From Trypanosoma brucei (taxonomy: Eukaryota): a stretch of 64,000 bases of DNA. Shown one piece after another: positions 24,073-36,970 of this stretch. The translations under genes were made by a program, and so were the position numbers. The number at the start of each line of letters is the position of its first letter. Position 1 is the stretch's first letter. The DNA is taken from contig CM000207.1 in assembly GCA_000002445.1 (NCBI GenBank), positions 2,976,001-3,040,000 on the forward strand, written 5' to 3'. The notes under the pieces were generated by a model. It saw only the letters and a list, made by a program, of their open reading frames with translations, was not told the origin of the DNA and did not search any database.

Positions 24073-25284
24073 GCTGAGCTCTGAGCAACCCGCTTTGCTG
24101 CGTCGCTATTACCGCGTTTGCGCTGCTGAAAATTTCACTAGACGTGCTCTTGGCTTGACTTACTTTGGCGCTGGTTTCTTGCTTCGGATGACCTTTGTTG
24201 CAAAGAAATGAAAGGCAAATCAATTAAAAATTTACAAACTTTTGTCCGGCCTTTAGAGCAATAAAACCCGTTACGCTCATTTCTGGATCGTTTAACATCC
24301 CCTACATAAAACAATTCAGTTTATTCCAATAATCTGCAACTTTAAATATAACTCATACCTTCTATAAATACATCACAAACTCTTAAGACCTATGAGCTTT
24401 GCGCTCTTTCAACGCACATCAACTACTCTTTGGCAGATGCATCTTCAGAAGCGGTACAACACTGATTCTTCTACCGGAAGCTAAACCTTGACTATTTCCC
24501 ATTGTTATCCTGGTTTATTGCCTGTCCCTTTCGTCTAATGTTCGCCAAATGCAGCTCTTTTTTCACTCTTTTGTTTTTAAGTTTCTTTATAATATTCACC
24601 AATTCCAGGACAGTGTGTATTCAAATATAAATGGATCGCTTTGTAACAGGTGCTAACACATGGAAAGTATACCAATATAGTACTTTTAATGATCTTTCGT
24701 CATAAATATTCTACAAAAGCTTCATATACGTGCTATTTTATGCAGTTTATACATTTTATTTCTTTCCACAATGATAGATTAGTAATCCTGATTTAGAACA
24801 CAGAATCTCCATAACATTACATTATTTCACACAAATATCGGTATTGTTACTCTATTGGTTGATAAAAACCTTTAAATTACTTTGCATTTTCCAAAATTAA
24901 ATTTCTTGTGGTAATCGTTCTGCTTTCTTTACTACTGGATATTAGGGTCTACCATCAAATTAAAAACTTATGTTGCAGTCATTTAAGCTTTGAATATTTT
25001 AATTTCTGATTGAAATATAGAGCATAATTTCCTCCTGTATTACTTCTTTTCTCCATCCAATGTGTTGTCCTGTACTCTTCCATTTATTTATATATTTGTC
25101 AAACGTTTTTCCAATTCCTTTATTAATGCGTAAAGCGTAAAGACACCACATGATCAGCACAGTGGTTAGTCTGTCTTAATAATTTTTCCCTCTAATATTA
25201 TCCTTGTGTTTGAAGACGGTCATCGTTTTCTGTGTTTGAAGCTGCGCATATGCCTTTTTCCTCCTCCTCTATCTTTCCCAATTA

Positions 25285-25500
25285 CCTTTTATAATATTTC
25301 TTATGATTTCCCACTCCCTCTCATACCCTCTCACTTATAAAGCACTCTCCTATTATCAGTCCTATTATTATTACTATTTCTGCTTTTATTATAATATTCG
25401 TATACAGATACTCTCACAACACTCTCCTATATAATTATTATAGTTATTTTTAGCCCTAACCAATATCTATAAAATAAACAAGATTAGGATGGCACCTATT
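25285..25500 (-). repeat. 70-bp repeat block (minus orientation)
   Basis: Reverse complement of the consensus: ..ATAATATTCGTATACAGATACTCTCACAACACTCTCCTAT..ATTATTA.. Confidence 0.8.
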
Positions 25501-25610
25501 TTAATTACTTACCACTATATTTCTTTACACACATAAGTAACAATCTTGCAAATTTTACAAAATTTTTACATTCTCAAAGTTTTCGCTAATTTGCACATTC
25601 TCATCGAAAA

Positions 25611-25626
25611 GTGTTAAAATATTGCA
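25611..25626 (-). promoter_or_regulatory. 16-mer variant (reverse complement TGCAATATTTTAACAC)
   Basis: Two mismatches to the 16-mer, about 30 bp 3' of the VSG stop. Confidence 0.5.
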
Positions 25627-25655
25627 AATTTTAGCAAATCTCTTCAAACAGAATA

Positions 25656-27330
25656 TTAAAAAAATAAGAATACCACGAAACTCATCAAAGCAGCCTTACT
25701 CACAGCAAACTTCTTATTAACAAGGAAACTGGAAGAGCGGAACTTGTAACCGGATTTGTCAGTTCCGTCACTATTTTCTCCCTTACATCCGCAAACTTTA
25801 GTGGTTTGACCTTTGTTGGCGTTATCACATTTCTCTAGTGTGTCACGTTTACTGCAATCTACCCTGGCACTTGTCCCTCCTGTTCCTGCTTGATTTCATG
25901 CTTCATGTTTCGTTACTTCCTCCTTATCCCATGTGCACTTCTTTTTGCCACCTTCACCTTCAACCAATTTTCATGGGGGTTTGCAGTTATCTATCCCTTT
26001 CTTTTCGCAAGTTGTATCTGTTTCCAAATTTGTCAGGTTTGGCAGCGGATTGTTTGCTGAACATTGTTTTGCTTCTGGAACCTGAGAAATGTGTCGCTGA
26101 AGTAAAAATGTTGCGACTTCATGGAGCCTGTCAGTTGGTATCTGGTTTATCTTTTTTACTTCTAGTTGAAGTTCCGGTGGAAAGTCTAAGTCCTCCGCTA
26201 ATAGGTTGTCGACGAACTCGGTTTTGAATTTGGTCGCATCGATGGTGATTATTGCTGTTATTTGCTTTTTTAGGTTCTGTTGTTATGTTCCTGCTTCTGG
26301 TGCTTTGAATCTGCCGTTTATTGCGAAGTTTACCTGGGAAAGTTTCCCCTCGGCTGTTAGCATGGCATATAGGTTCTTGAAGGGGCCAATTGTTTCTGTC
26401 AATGCTGTTTCTTCGTAGTTGTGGGCTGCTTTGATTGCTGCTAGCACTGCAGGCATCGTTGGTGAGTCTGCCGTATCGTGGTTTAAACTTCCTGGGTTGT
26501 AAAACGTCGCACCTCCGGAGCTCGTTGAAAGCAGCCCGGCCATTATGCTCAGTTGGTTTGCCATTTCTCGGTCGTCGAACAACTTTGTGTCTGATGCTAG
26601 GTGTGCTAGAAAATTGCATTTGTTGAAGTCGCAGCCACCGTTTCCTGTCGCGCTGCCGGCTGCTAGTGCCCCTTGTAGACCTATGCTATCGAATCTGTTT
26701 GTCGGGTCTAGGTCGCTTGAGGTCGGTATGTCTGTGCTGCTGCGGCCTGCTAGCTCACGGCTAAGTTGAGCGTCCGCCTTTGCACTCGCTGTTTGAGTTA
26801 AGCACGCTCCATTGGTTGTCGCTGTGCTTGCCCTCAGCTGTTCTAGCAAATTCATTGCCTCTATAATCTGCCCGCCGAGTATGCCGGTCGTCGCCGCCTT
26901 TACCATACCTGCACTTGCCTGCCGCTGCATCGTCGTGTAAAACGAATGAATGATGGTTTGAGTGGCTTGTGCAGCTATCATCGAGGTTTCCTTTGATTTT
27001 TTCGATTGCCCGAGCAAGCCATATATAGGCATTTGCTCTCTGAGCTTTTCTGTTTAAATTCGTTTCGCATCTCCTGCTTCTAGGTCGGACTTGACTTCCG
27101 CCGCAGTTTTCCTCATCCCTAAAGTTTTTTGCAAAGTTGTGCCAGCTTTGTTGCGTCTACTGCGTCTTTGTTCGCTGCTTCAATCTGAAAAGCTATCAAA
27201 TCTAAAGCTAACAGAAGTCTTTGTGCCTGTATTGCCGTGCTCGTCGTACTTTGTTTGTATAGCTGTGATAAAGTTTAGAGAAGAAGTTAAACGACTTTCT
27301 GTTTTTAGTGTCTGAGCTGTATCCCTCCAA
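25656..27330 (-). pseudogene. VSG: VSG pseudogene (N-domain ORF 26283..27032). The C-terminal domain plus a perfect GPI tail FRSSSFLVNKKFAVSKAALMSFVVFLFF* lie in another frame, and the stop is at 25656-25658.
   Basis: VSG N-domain and C-terminus are present. There is no signal peptide and there are several frameshifts. Confidence 0.7.
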
Positions 27331-29139
27331 TCGATACAGCATTCTTCCTCTCATTTTAAGAGTGTGTTTAATGATGATTTTTGTTGCGTTTCCTGTCCCT
27401 TCTAGAGTCTTTTTTAGGCGAGAGTTGTTGCCTTGGAGCCGTATTGTCTGCAGTAGTGTTTGAAGTTAAATTATTTTCTGGTAAGTTTAGGTTAAATATT
27501 CGTTATCACCGTTCACCACTTTTCGAGAAACTTTTTGTAGCTCTCTAAACTTACCCACGTTCCAATATTCAACCATTTGGCCCTCTATTTCTCTATTCCT
27601 TCTATCCTCACTATTTCCTTTATGACAATTCCACTTAATTTCACACAGTTCCAGCTCACATCACAACTGGAATTTTTTTATGGTTAACACTGTATCAGTA
27701 CTGGTTTGGCAACTACTTCAGCTGCGTACTTCACCCATCGCTGACGAAAGTGCTCTCTCTTGCCCGTTAGCTGCATTGGTGTTCTTATTTTCTTTTGTTT
27801 GTGGAGTACAAGCCCTATGGTTTGAGCTAATCTCGAAGCTAGTTGCTGTTCATAGATTTTTTTGTTTCTTATCATTACTGGGTATATATGCTCTTGCTTT
27901 TGTTGGTGAGAACGTTGCTCGACTCCTTTTAACGTGTCACACCTTTTTAGTGTAGGATCAATTTTTTTCAAGTTGTGTCATGACTTGTAATCCAAACTCC
28001 ATGTAACCATCATTAAAAAGAATCTAAACTTTTCTCATCCCTCATATATCAAATTGTCATCTATTCTCCGGAATACAAGTCGTTTGTCGGTTAAAATAAT
28101 TTAATACTTTTTGTCTTTAATATCGTCCTCTACGGCTTTTAACGGATTCTGCTTTCTACAGTTTCATTTGCTTTTACAGCTGCTGGAATAAAAAAGTAAC
28201 GGCATTTTTTGACGAACACGGTTTGGTTTCTGTTTCTATTTTAGGTCTCGTTGTTTAATATAGTCAGAAACCACATAAGACCCTTTATTTTGAGTTCATA
28301 AAGTGTTTTTTGACAACTTTAGTCTTATCAATCCACTTTTTTACCTGAATATCAGAGAACTTTTGGAGGTGTGCCCTAGTTTCTTTCAAACTCTTAATAT
28401 CTCTCCAGTATGCAAATACATAACTTGAAAAATAGTGGCATTGCTTTTCTCTACTTCATAAAGGCTCCATAACAGTTTATACATGCGCTATTTTTAGCAG
28501 TTCAAGTGTTTTCATTATTCTATTCATGGTAATGCATTGGTAGTCATAGTTTTAATTTTTCCCCCGTAATATTATATTACTAAACACAAATGTTTGCTAT
28601 TAGTATTACATTTGACGAGAAAACTAAGATATTTTCCTTACACCTATTCAATACCCCCTTCCTTATCTTCTCTGTCAGAGCCATAAATTAGCATTTGCTA
28701 TTAAATAAAAAACTACAGGGCCACCATCTCTGAAGTAGAATCTATCGATTTGTGAGTACAATGTAGAGATCTATAGTCCTTTTATAGCTCTTCGCTCTGC
28801 CGTATTTTTTTCGCACTCCTCCATTCTTTTTTGTATTTTTGGGACTTATGTTTCATCTTCAATTACTATTTCTTCATATGTTATAGCGGATTGATTTGCC
28901 TGTACATTAGACTCTGCTTTCTCACTGATTGATCTATCCATCTTCTTCTTATTAGCAATTACCACCGTCATAGCTGCTTCAGAAACTAGGCATAATACCT
29001 CTCTTTTTCTTTTTTGTCCTTTTCCATCTAACTTTATGCATTTAACTTGATAATATTTCTCTTCCTCTTTCACTTACTTATTTCCATCGTACCTTGCCAT
29101 TGTTTTAATTGCTTTTACTTAGGTGATCCATTTTATTTT

Positions 29140-29260
29140 CACAACCACACCTACTTTATTATTATAGATACACTCACTTACACTTATATAATTATTATTA
29201 TTATCTTCCTAATACTATTATAACCCTAACTATTACTCAAAAATAGGCAAAATAAACAAA
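29140..29260 (-). repeat. 70-bp repeat block (minus)
   Basis: ..ATTATTATAGATACACTCACTTACACTTATATAATTATTATTATTATCTTCCTAATACTATTATAACCCTAACTA. Confidence 0.75.
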
Positions 29261-29397
29261 GTCAGCATAACAATTAGTTTTGTCGCCCTATCGCCTTACA
29301 ACTTTATACCCATGGGCTGATATTACACCAAAATTTTATTTTTATCATATCTTTTAAATTGCAAAAAGTTAATAATTTTCAATTTTTAAATCAAAAA

Positions 29398-29413
29398 GTG
29401 TTAAAATATATCA
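29398..29413 (-). promoter_or_regulatory. 16-mer (exact, minus)
   Basis: GTGTTAAAATATATCA is the reverse complement of TGATATATTTTAACAC. Confidence 0.8.
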
Positions 29414-29541
29414 AATGTTTCAAATTTTAAAAACCCTCTCAAAATAGAAAATTTCATGATGTTTAAAAAATGGAGGAAAGTTTTTTAGTACACTAAAATT
29501 CTACAAAACTCACAAAAGCAGTAATTATCATAGCCATTTAA

Positions 29542-30957
29542 TTATTTAAGAGGAAACTAAAATGTTTACAAGCGTTATCATCCCAGTTGCAAACATATTT
29601 TCACTCTCCTTCGGGTTTCCCCTGCACCTCTTTTTTTTTCCCTCTCCTGCTTCTTCTTGGTTTGCTGCTACTTTTTCTGCTGCCTTTTTAGGGTCTAATG
29701 AGCATTTTTTATTTGCATCAGTAGCATCGCCGTCCCATTTGCATGGCTCCTTGCATTTGTCTTTTGATTGATGTTTGTTGCAGTCGCTTGTGCTCGGTGT
29801 CGTGCTGCTTAATACTGGTATCGCCGTTGCCGTTGTTAGCTTTTGGCATCGCCTTTTAAAGCTTGTAGATAGGCTGCCAGAGCGGTCCCTTTTAACGCCG
29901 CTGCTTGCGCTGCGATTCTGTTGTTGACTGCCGCCTCCGCATCTGCCGTTTCAAATTTCGCTATGGCATCGTCTATGTGTGTGAGCCACTGTATGTCGAG
30001 GGTGGCGTCGGCCCTGGTGTCTTTGTAGTAAACGCAATTGCCGTTTGCTCCACCATTACATTGTTTGCTTGCTGCTGCCCCCAGAATATTCGCGTCACCT
30101 GCTGCTGCTACTTTATCCGCTTTGAGTGCTGTCGTGAAAATGTTTTTGGCATGCCGTAGGTCCCCGGCTGTTACTCGAATGTGGCCTGCTTTTGGGCATT
30201 TTCTCGCGATCGCCGTCGCTGCGGCTTGAGTCGTTTGGGTGCCGTCGCCGTACGTGATCGATGACAGTGCGGCCCCTGTGCAGCTTTCCGAATGTCCGGC
30301 TGTGACCGAGCAAAGACACAACAAGTCTGAATAAAGCGACATTCCTGTGGACTTTCCGACCGGGTTGTTGTCCCCGCACCCGGCGGCGCCCGAGTTCGCG
30401 TAGGTCTCGCCCGCCTTGTTGCTGTGCTTTCCGGTCTTACCGAACAAAGCTTTGTCCAGGTCGCTCCGTATGTCCTCCGGTGTGACTGTCGTTTTAAGTT
30501 TGTCTTTTAGGGCGGCGATTGTCTTTAGCGTCCGATTTAGGATATTGCTTGCGACTTTGCGTGCGTGCGAGGCGCCTGGCCGTGTTAGCTTCACTCCGTC
30601 AATTTCCGTTTCTCCCTTTGCGATTAAGTTTTTTGCTGTTTTCCATGCTTCCCGGTTTGCTTTATACTCTTCAGGTTTTTTGTCGTCGTCTGTGTTTGGT
30701 TCAAAGTTGGAGTCATAGAGGGTGTCTTCTGATGCTGATAGATTTAGTTGTCTTACGTCCGTCATTAGAGCATCTAAGTCGCTAGTAGTCGCTGCTGGGG
30801 GTAACATGGGTGTCCCACCTATTATCTGGATAATGGTGCAGAGAGCGTTGAATGCTTTGGCGTTGTCATTGGCGGCGGCGTCCACTCCGCCCGTTGTCGC
30901 TGCGAAGGCGAGTGCCAGCGCTAGTTTAGCCAGAAAATGCCGCCGCGCTTTCCTCAT
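29542..30957 (-). pseudogene. VSG: VSG (A-type). The 373-aa ORF 29836..30957 carries signal peptide MRKARRHFLAKLALALAFAATTGG and an intact N-domain. The C-terminal domain is frameshifted and degenerate.
   Basis: Classic N-terminus ..AANDNAKAFNALCTIIQI.. The C-terminal domain CKEPCKWDGDATDANKKC is recovered in a different frame. Confidence 0.8.
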
Positions 30958-32224
30958 GTGTAGTTATTGCACTTTCTTTAGCGTGTTATAAGAGATAGTT
31001 CGTTTTTCTGGAGGGTGGTATCGCTTTGTTACCTTGTGAAACAGGAGGCAGTGTAGCATTAGCAGATGAAGCCCTGTCTTTTACACTGTATTGCGCCTGA
31101 TTGGTCAGCTTTTTCGTGTACATCCGCTGTTAGCCAGGCTTTTAGGTGCTCAGCACCGAGTTAAGGAACGGTTTCTGTGCACTTTCGGTTGTTATCTGCA
31201 TCTAGCTGCTGGCAGTTGTATTTGCTTGCCTGTGGTGTAAAATCATAACTAGCTTTATTATGTATTACAGAGGTGTCTTTCCAGGTGACATTTTGGTATT
31301 GAACTTTTCTTCTTCATTGCATTTATTATGTTTTTAAGCTACATGCTACACCTTTGCTTCAGCAGATATCGTAACTGCTATACTACCGAAGTTTCACCAT
31401 GTCGGTTAATTTTCTTTGCAAGATGGTGGTATTTTTCTGTCTTCTGTGACGATTTTTTTTCTCTCTTATAACTCACATCACTTTTATACTACTACTACTA
31501 CACCTGTTTTTTCAGCTCATTGGTAACACATTTAGATACTTGAATCTATAAGACAACAAAAAGCTCGGTTCTATCTAATACCCTTTCAAATTAGCCTGAA
31601 TATAGAGCTCACTAAATGTCAGAACTTTCACACTATCTTGTGATACAATAATATATTTATTACTTCAATTCCTTTCCTTTTTGCTTAATTATTCTACTTT
31701 GCGTTAGGTTTTCTATATTTGGTGGTGTTTTTCGCTCTTTGCATATTATTTTCATGAGTTTACCAGCTGTTTTCTCGGGTATTATTTGGTAAGCGTGGTT
31801 AGTTCTCATTAAAGAAAAAATTATAGACTAATTATATGCACTTTATAAGCTTCTTTTCCTTTGTTATGTTGCTGTTTATCTATGAAAGTTTCTTTAGGAA
31901 AACCACATCTATCAAAGAGTTCTTAGAAGTATATTAGAAATGATTCATTTGGTCATTCTCAACTATTACAGCTTCGTTATGTTAGTTCAAGCCATTCAAT
32001 TTAGCTTGCACGTTATATTCCTTCATTTATTTTTTACACTTCCCTTGTTCTATTTTTACATGATGCCGATGGTCATGTTTATGTTTGAACCTGTTAAAAT
32101 TACATCTTCTTTCATATCTCTCTTTGTTTTATTTAACAATGTTCTTCATACTTCGCTCTCACTTCTTTACCACTATTGCAGCCTTTTAATTGTTTAAAGC
32201 ACTACTATTTTGACCACATATCCA

Positions 32225-32330
32225 GTTTCCACAGCCACTCTCATAATAATATCTGTATATACACACTCACAACACAATCGTCTGTGATTATCATTATTAT
32301 ATTCCTGACGATATACGTAAAATAAATAAA
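32225..32330 (-). repeat. 70-bp repeat block (minus)
   Basis: ..CTCATAATAATATCTGTATATACACACTCACAACACAATCGTCTGTGATTATCATTATTATATTCC. Confidence 0.8.
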
Positions 32331-32575
32331 AAATGAACAAAAATAAAAGTTATAAGGACAGCATCCGTTTCTTAAACTCTATAACCCTACTACTTTACAT
32401 TCATAGGTCACTATCATACTCATTTTTCTATTTTTTAAATTTCAAAAATTTTACATTTCGTGGAAAAGTGTTAAAATATATGAAATATTAGCAAATTTAG
32501 ACAATATTAGAAAACATATCAAAATACTAAATTTCTTGAATTTCATGAAATCAAGCAAAATCTTTAAACACTTAA

Positions 32576-34045
32576 TTACAGAAGCAAAAATGCAAGTAGT
32601 AGAGGGGCCTTCATCACAGCTGAAATAAAAAACGTTCCCTCCTTAACTTTGCACTCATTCTTGTCCTTATCCCAAGTGCATTTTTTCGTGTCACATTTAC
32701 CCTCTTCAGTTCCTTTGCATGCAGCTGCGTTTGTTTTATTATCTCCGTCTTTATTTTTTCTTGCTTCGTCTTCTGCTGCATCTTTTTTGGCCTTTCCTTG
32801 CGACGTTTCTTGTTTCTACTCCTTTCCTGGCGTCTTGTTGGCTGTTGTGATAAAAATAAACGCTTGTGCCGACTGAGTGTTTTCGGCTATTGTAAGCAAG
32901 TCCGCTGCATTGTCAGCTGCTCCGGCCACCACTCGCATTCTGGTGCTTGTTAGTGGCGCAACGAAATTGGTTTAAACTTTTTGACTGTTGTCGCCAAATA
33001 TCTTTTCGAGTTGTTTTTCGGCGTCGGAGTCTTCTATTTGTTTTCCGCTGTGTACTTGCCAGCTCTCTCTGTATAAATTTTTGTTTAAAGCGTTATTTTT
33101 GAGTTCGCTGCCACTGAAGTTTTCTGGGTCTGGGACAGAAGGCAGTGGTTGTTTCGTGCACTCGCAGAAAGGCTCCGCTACGTATTCACGCGACCGCAGC
33201 GATTGTTCTGCCTTTTCTGTTGGTTTCTTTCAGGTCCCTTTGATTTGGCCGTCAACTGTTAGGGCGTGTCCAGTGACGTCCGGTGTTTCCGTAATCGGGG
33301 TTACGGCCATTTCTGCTTTTAGGTTGTTTGGCGCTTGGTCGCTGCTTGTGTCGCCGCAGTAATCTGCTGCGGTTGTGTCCAGGCTGTCGACTGTTCCTCT
33401 CAGTTTTGCTACAAATTTGCCTATACGGGGGATTAAGCTGGTGCCTTTGAGTATATGCAAGTGCATGATTCCCTTGCCGTGGAATTTGGCGTCGCCAAGG
33501 AATGCAGACTCTTGTTAGTTCAAATTGCAGTTGCCTGGCAGTTTGTTCGTGAATTTCGTGCTGAATGTGCATGTTTTGGGGCTCCCGTTGTTGTTTGCTG
33601 CCCGAGTTTGTGTTTTGATCGCTTGCTCGGAGTGCGACAAAGCCTCAGTGTACGCAGCTCTCTGTAAGAATCTTTGTGCCGCTGCTTGTGCCAACTTCCT
33701 GTGTCGCGCTACAAACCGCGCTGCTTCTTTCGCATTTTGTACCGTGTATGGTGCGAGTGCGGCGGTCGCTAGCCTTTTCTGCTCCTGTCTTTCGTGCATT
33801 GCCAGTAAAAGCCACGCATCAGCGTATTCTTCAAGTTTGCTGGCCTCTGGTTCGCCGCTCTTTGCTGTTTCTTCTATCTTCCATGCTGCAATTTTTATAT
33901 ACTTCAGTTCCGAGCACACTGAGCCTACTTTTTTGCTGGCTTGCTCTGAGACCTGACCTGCTGAGCTGAGCTGAGCTGAGCTGAGATTGAAATTCCAGGA
34001 GCAATGCCATAGCCGCAGAATACACGGCATGATTTTGCATCACCG
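32576..34045 (-). pseudogene. VSG: VSG pseudogene, heavily frameshifted (ORFs 33515..34030 and 33230..33466). The GPI tail CKVKEGTFFISAVMKAPLLLAFLLL* ends at 32576.
   Basis: VSG helical N-domain segments and a C-terminal tail lie across several frames. A 16-mer variant is at 32468-32483. Confidence 0.65.
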
Positions 34046-35077
34046 CTGTGCACCGGAAGAAGGTCGTGTTTTCGTGTCGAACTTTTGCACCTCGTTGGTC
34101 TGTTTCACTTTTCCTTGACTAGGTGTTAGAGAGGTGTTGGTGTATAAAGATTGCTTGGGTTGTCGTTGACGAGATATGCATTTTGGTCGAGAAAGTTTCT
34201 GCACCATGGTTTCTGGTGCGCACCATTTTTTATTCATCTTTAGACACCTCCTTAAGAGTGTGCTGCAAAACTCTAAATACTTTTAGCTTCTTCCAAGTAT
34301 CAAATTACTGGTCTATCACTTTTATCCTTTCTATTTCAAGCACCGTCAACCCCTTGGCGTTAATGGTAGCAGCCTCATCGTGGTGTAAGGGTCTAGTACC
34401 CAGAAATAATTAAATTTTTTCAGAGGAAGCCAACCGTTACCACATGAAAACTGGCATATTGGCCACAGTGAGTGATTTCTGTGGCGCCAGGGCAAGTGCA
34501 CTTTTGGACATTGAAGATGTTTATGTGTGCGCAGCGCAAATCGATCCGCGAAAAAGTGAATATTCATGTTTTGGGGTTAAGTACCCTGTCCAAGGGAAAC
34601 CCATCGAAGTCGTCTTTATACCACTAGCTGTAGTGCTATCGGATGACTTCAGAGGGTTAGATGCCACAAAAGCTATACTGTTGGTAGTGTGCTGAAATCA
34701 ACATCGTCCCTTTATATGGCCAACGAATCATGGTCACGATCCACTGGCAAAGTGTGTGGGTAATAATCTCCACCAAAGGAGGTTTTAGAAGGTAGCGGCT
34801 TGCCATCCAAGGCTGAGTCCCACACTATCATGTCTTGTCACATTATGTGCATAAACGCATTTCCTCCTATTTCCTATTATGCGGTGACCACAACCGTCGT
34901 CAACCCGTACCATGAAGGAAAAAATGCACGTATACCACTTCTTTTTTCTTTAAATTTCTGTATTTCGTTTAAAAATAATAGTTCTCGTTCTCTATAGCTC
35001 CCTCTCACTCCCGCTCCACTTTCACAGTGTTTAAGTGCTCCAATCTTGGTAGTCCACTTGGTAGTCGAAAATGCTTT

Positions 35078-35195
35078 TATCTTATTATAATATTCGTATA
35101 CACACACTCACAACACTCTCCAATAATTACTACGCTATATTATTATTATAACTCTGACTCTTATCCATTAAATAAACAAATTAACAAAACTAGAA
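35078..35195 (-). repeat. 70-bp repeat block (minus)
   Basis: TCTTATTATAATATTCGTATACACACACTCACAACACTCTCCAATAATTACTACGCTATATTATTATTATAACTC. Confidence 0.85.
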
Positions 35196-35445
35196 TAGTA
35201 CTCGCTTCTTATTTCCTAACACCCTATTATTTTTTACTTATATTCTACAGTTATATACATTTTACTCATAGTTTTATATTTAATTAAAACATTTTAACAA
35301 TTTTCAATAATTTCCAAAGGATTCATAAAATGTGTCAAAATATATCAAATTATAAAATTTTAGAAAAACTTTTAAAAAATAGTAAATTTCATAAATTTCA
35401 CAAATTTAAGCAACAATTCTTAGAATTTTAGAATTCTCAAGATCT

Positions 35446-36970
35446 TTAAAATGCTACTAAACTCACAAAAGCCGCAGCCATACTCAGACTCAATTTTTTA
35501 TTTACAAGGAAACTGGAATCGTTGCACTCCTTTCCATCCTACTTGCAGCCATCTTTGCAGTCTTTTTGCTCATTTCCTGCACATTTCTCATCTTTTTTCC
35601 TTCCTCTTTCCCTCCATCTTTAGTTTTGTACTCCCCATCTTTGAATTCGCATCCATTCTTTTCGTTGCATTTGCCTTTGTCTTTTGTATTGCTGCATTCA
35701 TTTTCTTTGGTTGTGTCGGTACTTCCATCTGTTTTGTTGCATTTCTTGCTATGGCTAGTGTTGCGTTGGCTTTTCTGCAAAAACGCTAGGGTTATTGCGT
35801 AGTTTGAATCACTTGCAGCCTTCACTACGCTCGTTGTTACGGTTTGTTGTCCGACAGTATACTTTATGTTGTCTTCGTTGAAAGTCAAAAAAAATTATCT
35901 GTAGTTTGTTCCCGGTGCCGCCAAGCAGGGTTTTGCTTTTTCTGCCTTTTTGTCGGTGCTTTTATTGATGTTTTTTTCTTTTCCGAGTACGAGGTAAATT
36001 ACGTTTTTAATGGCGGGGTTGTTGCTCAGGAAATCGGCCGTTTCATCCGCAATATTTCCTAGAAGTTTGGATGTTAGGGCTCTTAGGTTATAGGTGGCGC
36101 TTGCTACCTGGGTCCCAGCGGTGATGTAGGGGTCTTTTTCTTTGGCTACGTTTACGCAGGCGTCGTTATCTTTCAGGTTCACGTCCGTTAGTGCCGCTGT
36201 AGGCTGATTTAGTGCTAGTTTTGTTAGACCGGCACCGTTGGTTTCGCTGCTTTTTGTGGGCTTGTCTGCGCATTTGTTATTTTCGTTTGCTGCGCTGTGC
36301 GTGCTGGTTAGCGTGCCTTTCGTTTCTATGTCCACACCAAGTTGAGGCATGCCAAAGGCTGCTAGCGATGCCGTTTTTATTTTCGTTATTTTTCCTAAAT
36401 CAACGCCTGATTCTGCTAGCTTTGTCGCGCTCTCTGGTGTTATTGCGCATGTGGCAGCCAGTTTTTTGTTGAGGCTTGCTATTAGAGGGCATTTTGCTGT
36501 TTTTACGCTAAAGAGCACGTCGGCGTCAGCCCCTAACGTCGAACATGAGATTACTGCTGATGTTTGGGTGTTCACGAAACGGTACAGTGTGCTCGTACGT
36601 TGCCGCGCCGCTCATTTAGTAGGGCTACCGCTGCTAGTAAGCTTGGTGTCTGTTGTTTCAGGATTGCTGCCGCTGCAGTTTCCCGTTGGTCCGCGATGGC
36701 AGCTAACGAGCTTAGCACCGACCGTTTTGTTTGATCGGACAACTGCGCCGCGGCTAGGATTAGCTGTCTGGCTTCTGTGAGTAGGTCCAAACTTCGAGTT
36801 GCGGCTGATTTTACTTTGTTAATATAATGTTCTTGAACGGTTTTAAGCCACATCGCTTCATCACACGTGCTCTTTATTGCGTCGACTGAGGAGTCGTCAT
36901 CCTGTGCGAATACAGCGTGCACAAATGCCGCGAGCAAAACTGCGGACTTCTGGGCTTTTTGCCCCAGCAT
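35446..36970 (-). pseudogene. VSG: VSG pseudogene. Three ORFs in three frames make up the gene. ORF 36572..36970 holds the signal peptide MLGQKAQKSAVLLAAFVHAVFA and the N-terminus. ORF 35895..36575 is the N-domain. ORF 35502..35888 is the C-terminal domain. The GPI tail CNDSSFLVNKKLSLSMAAAFVSLVAF* follows.
   Basis: The three consecutive ORFs are collinear with VSG domain order. A 16-mer variant is at 35333-35348. Confidence 0.75.
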
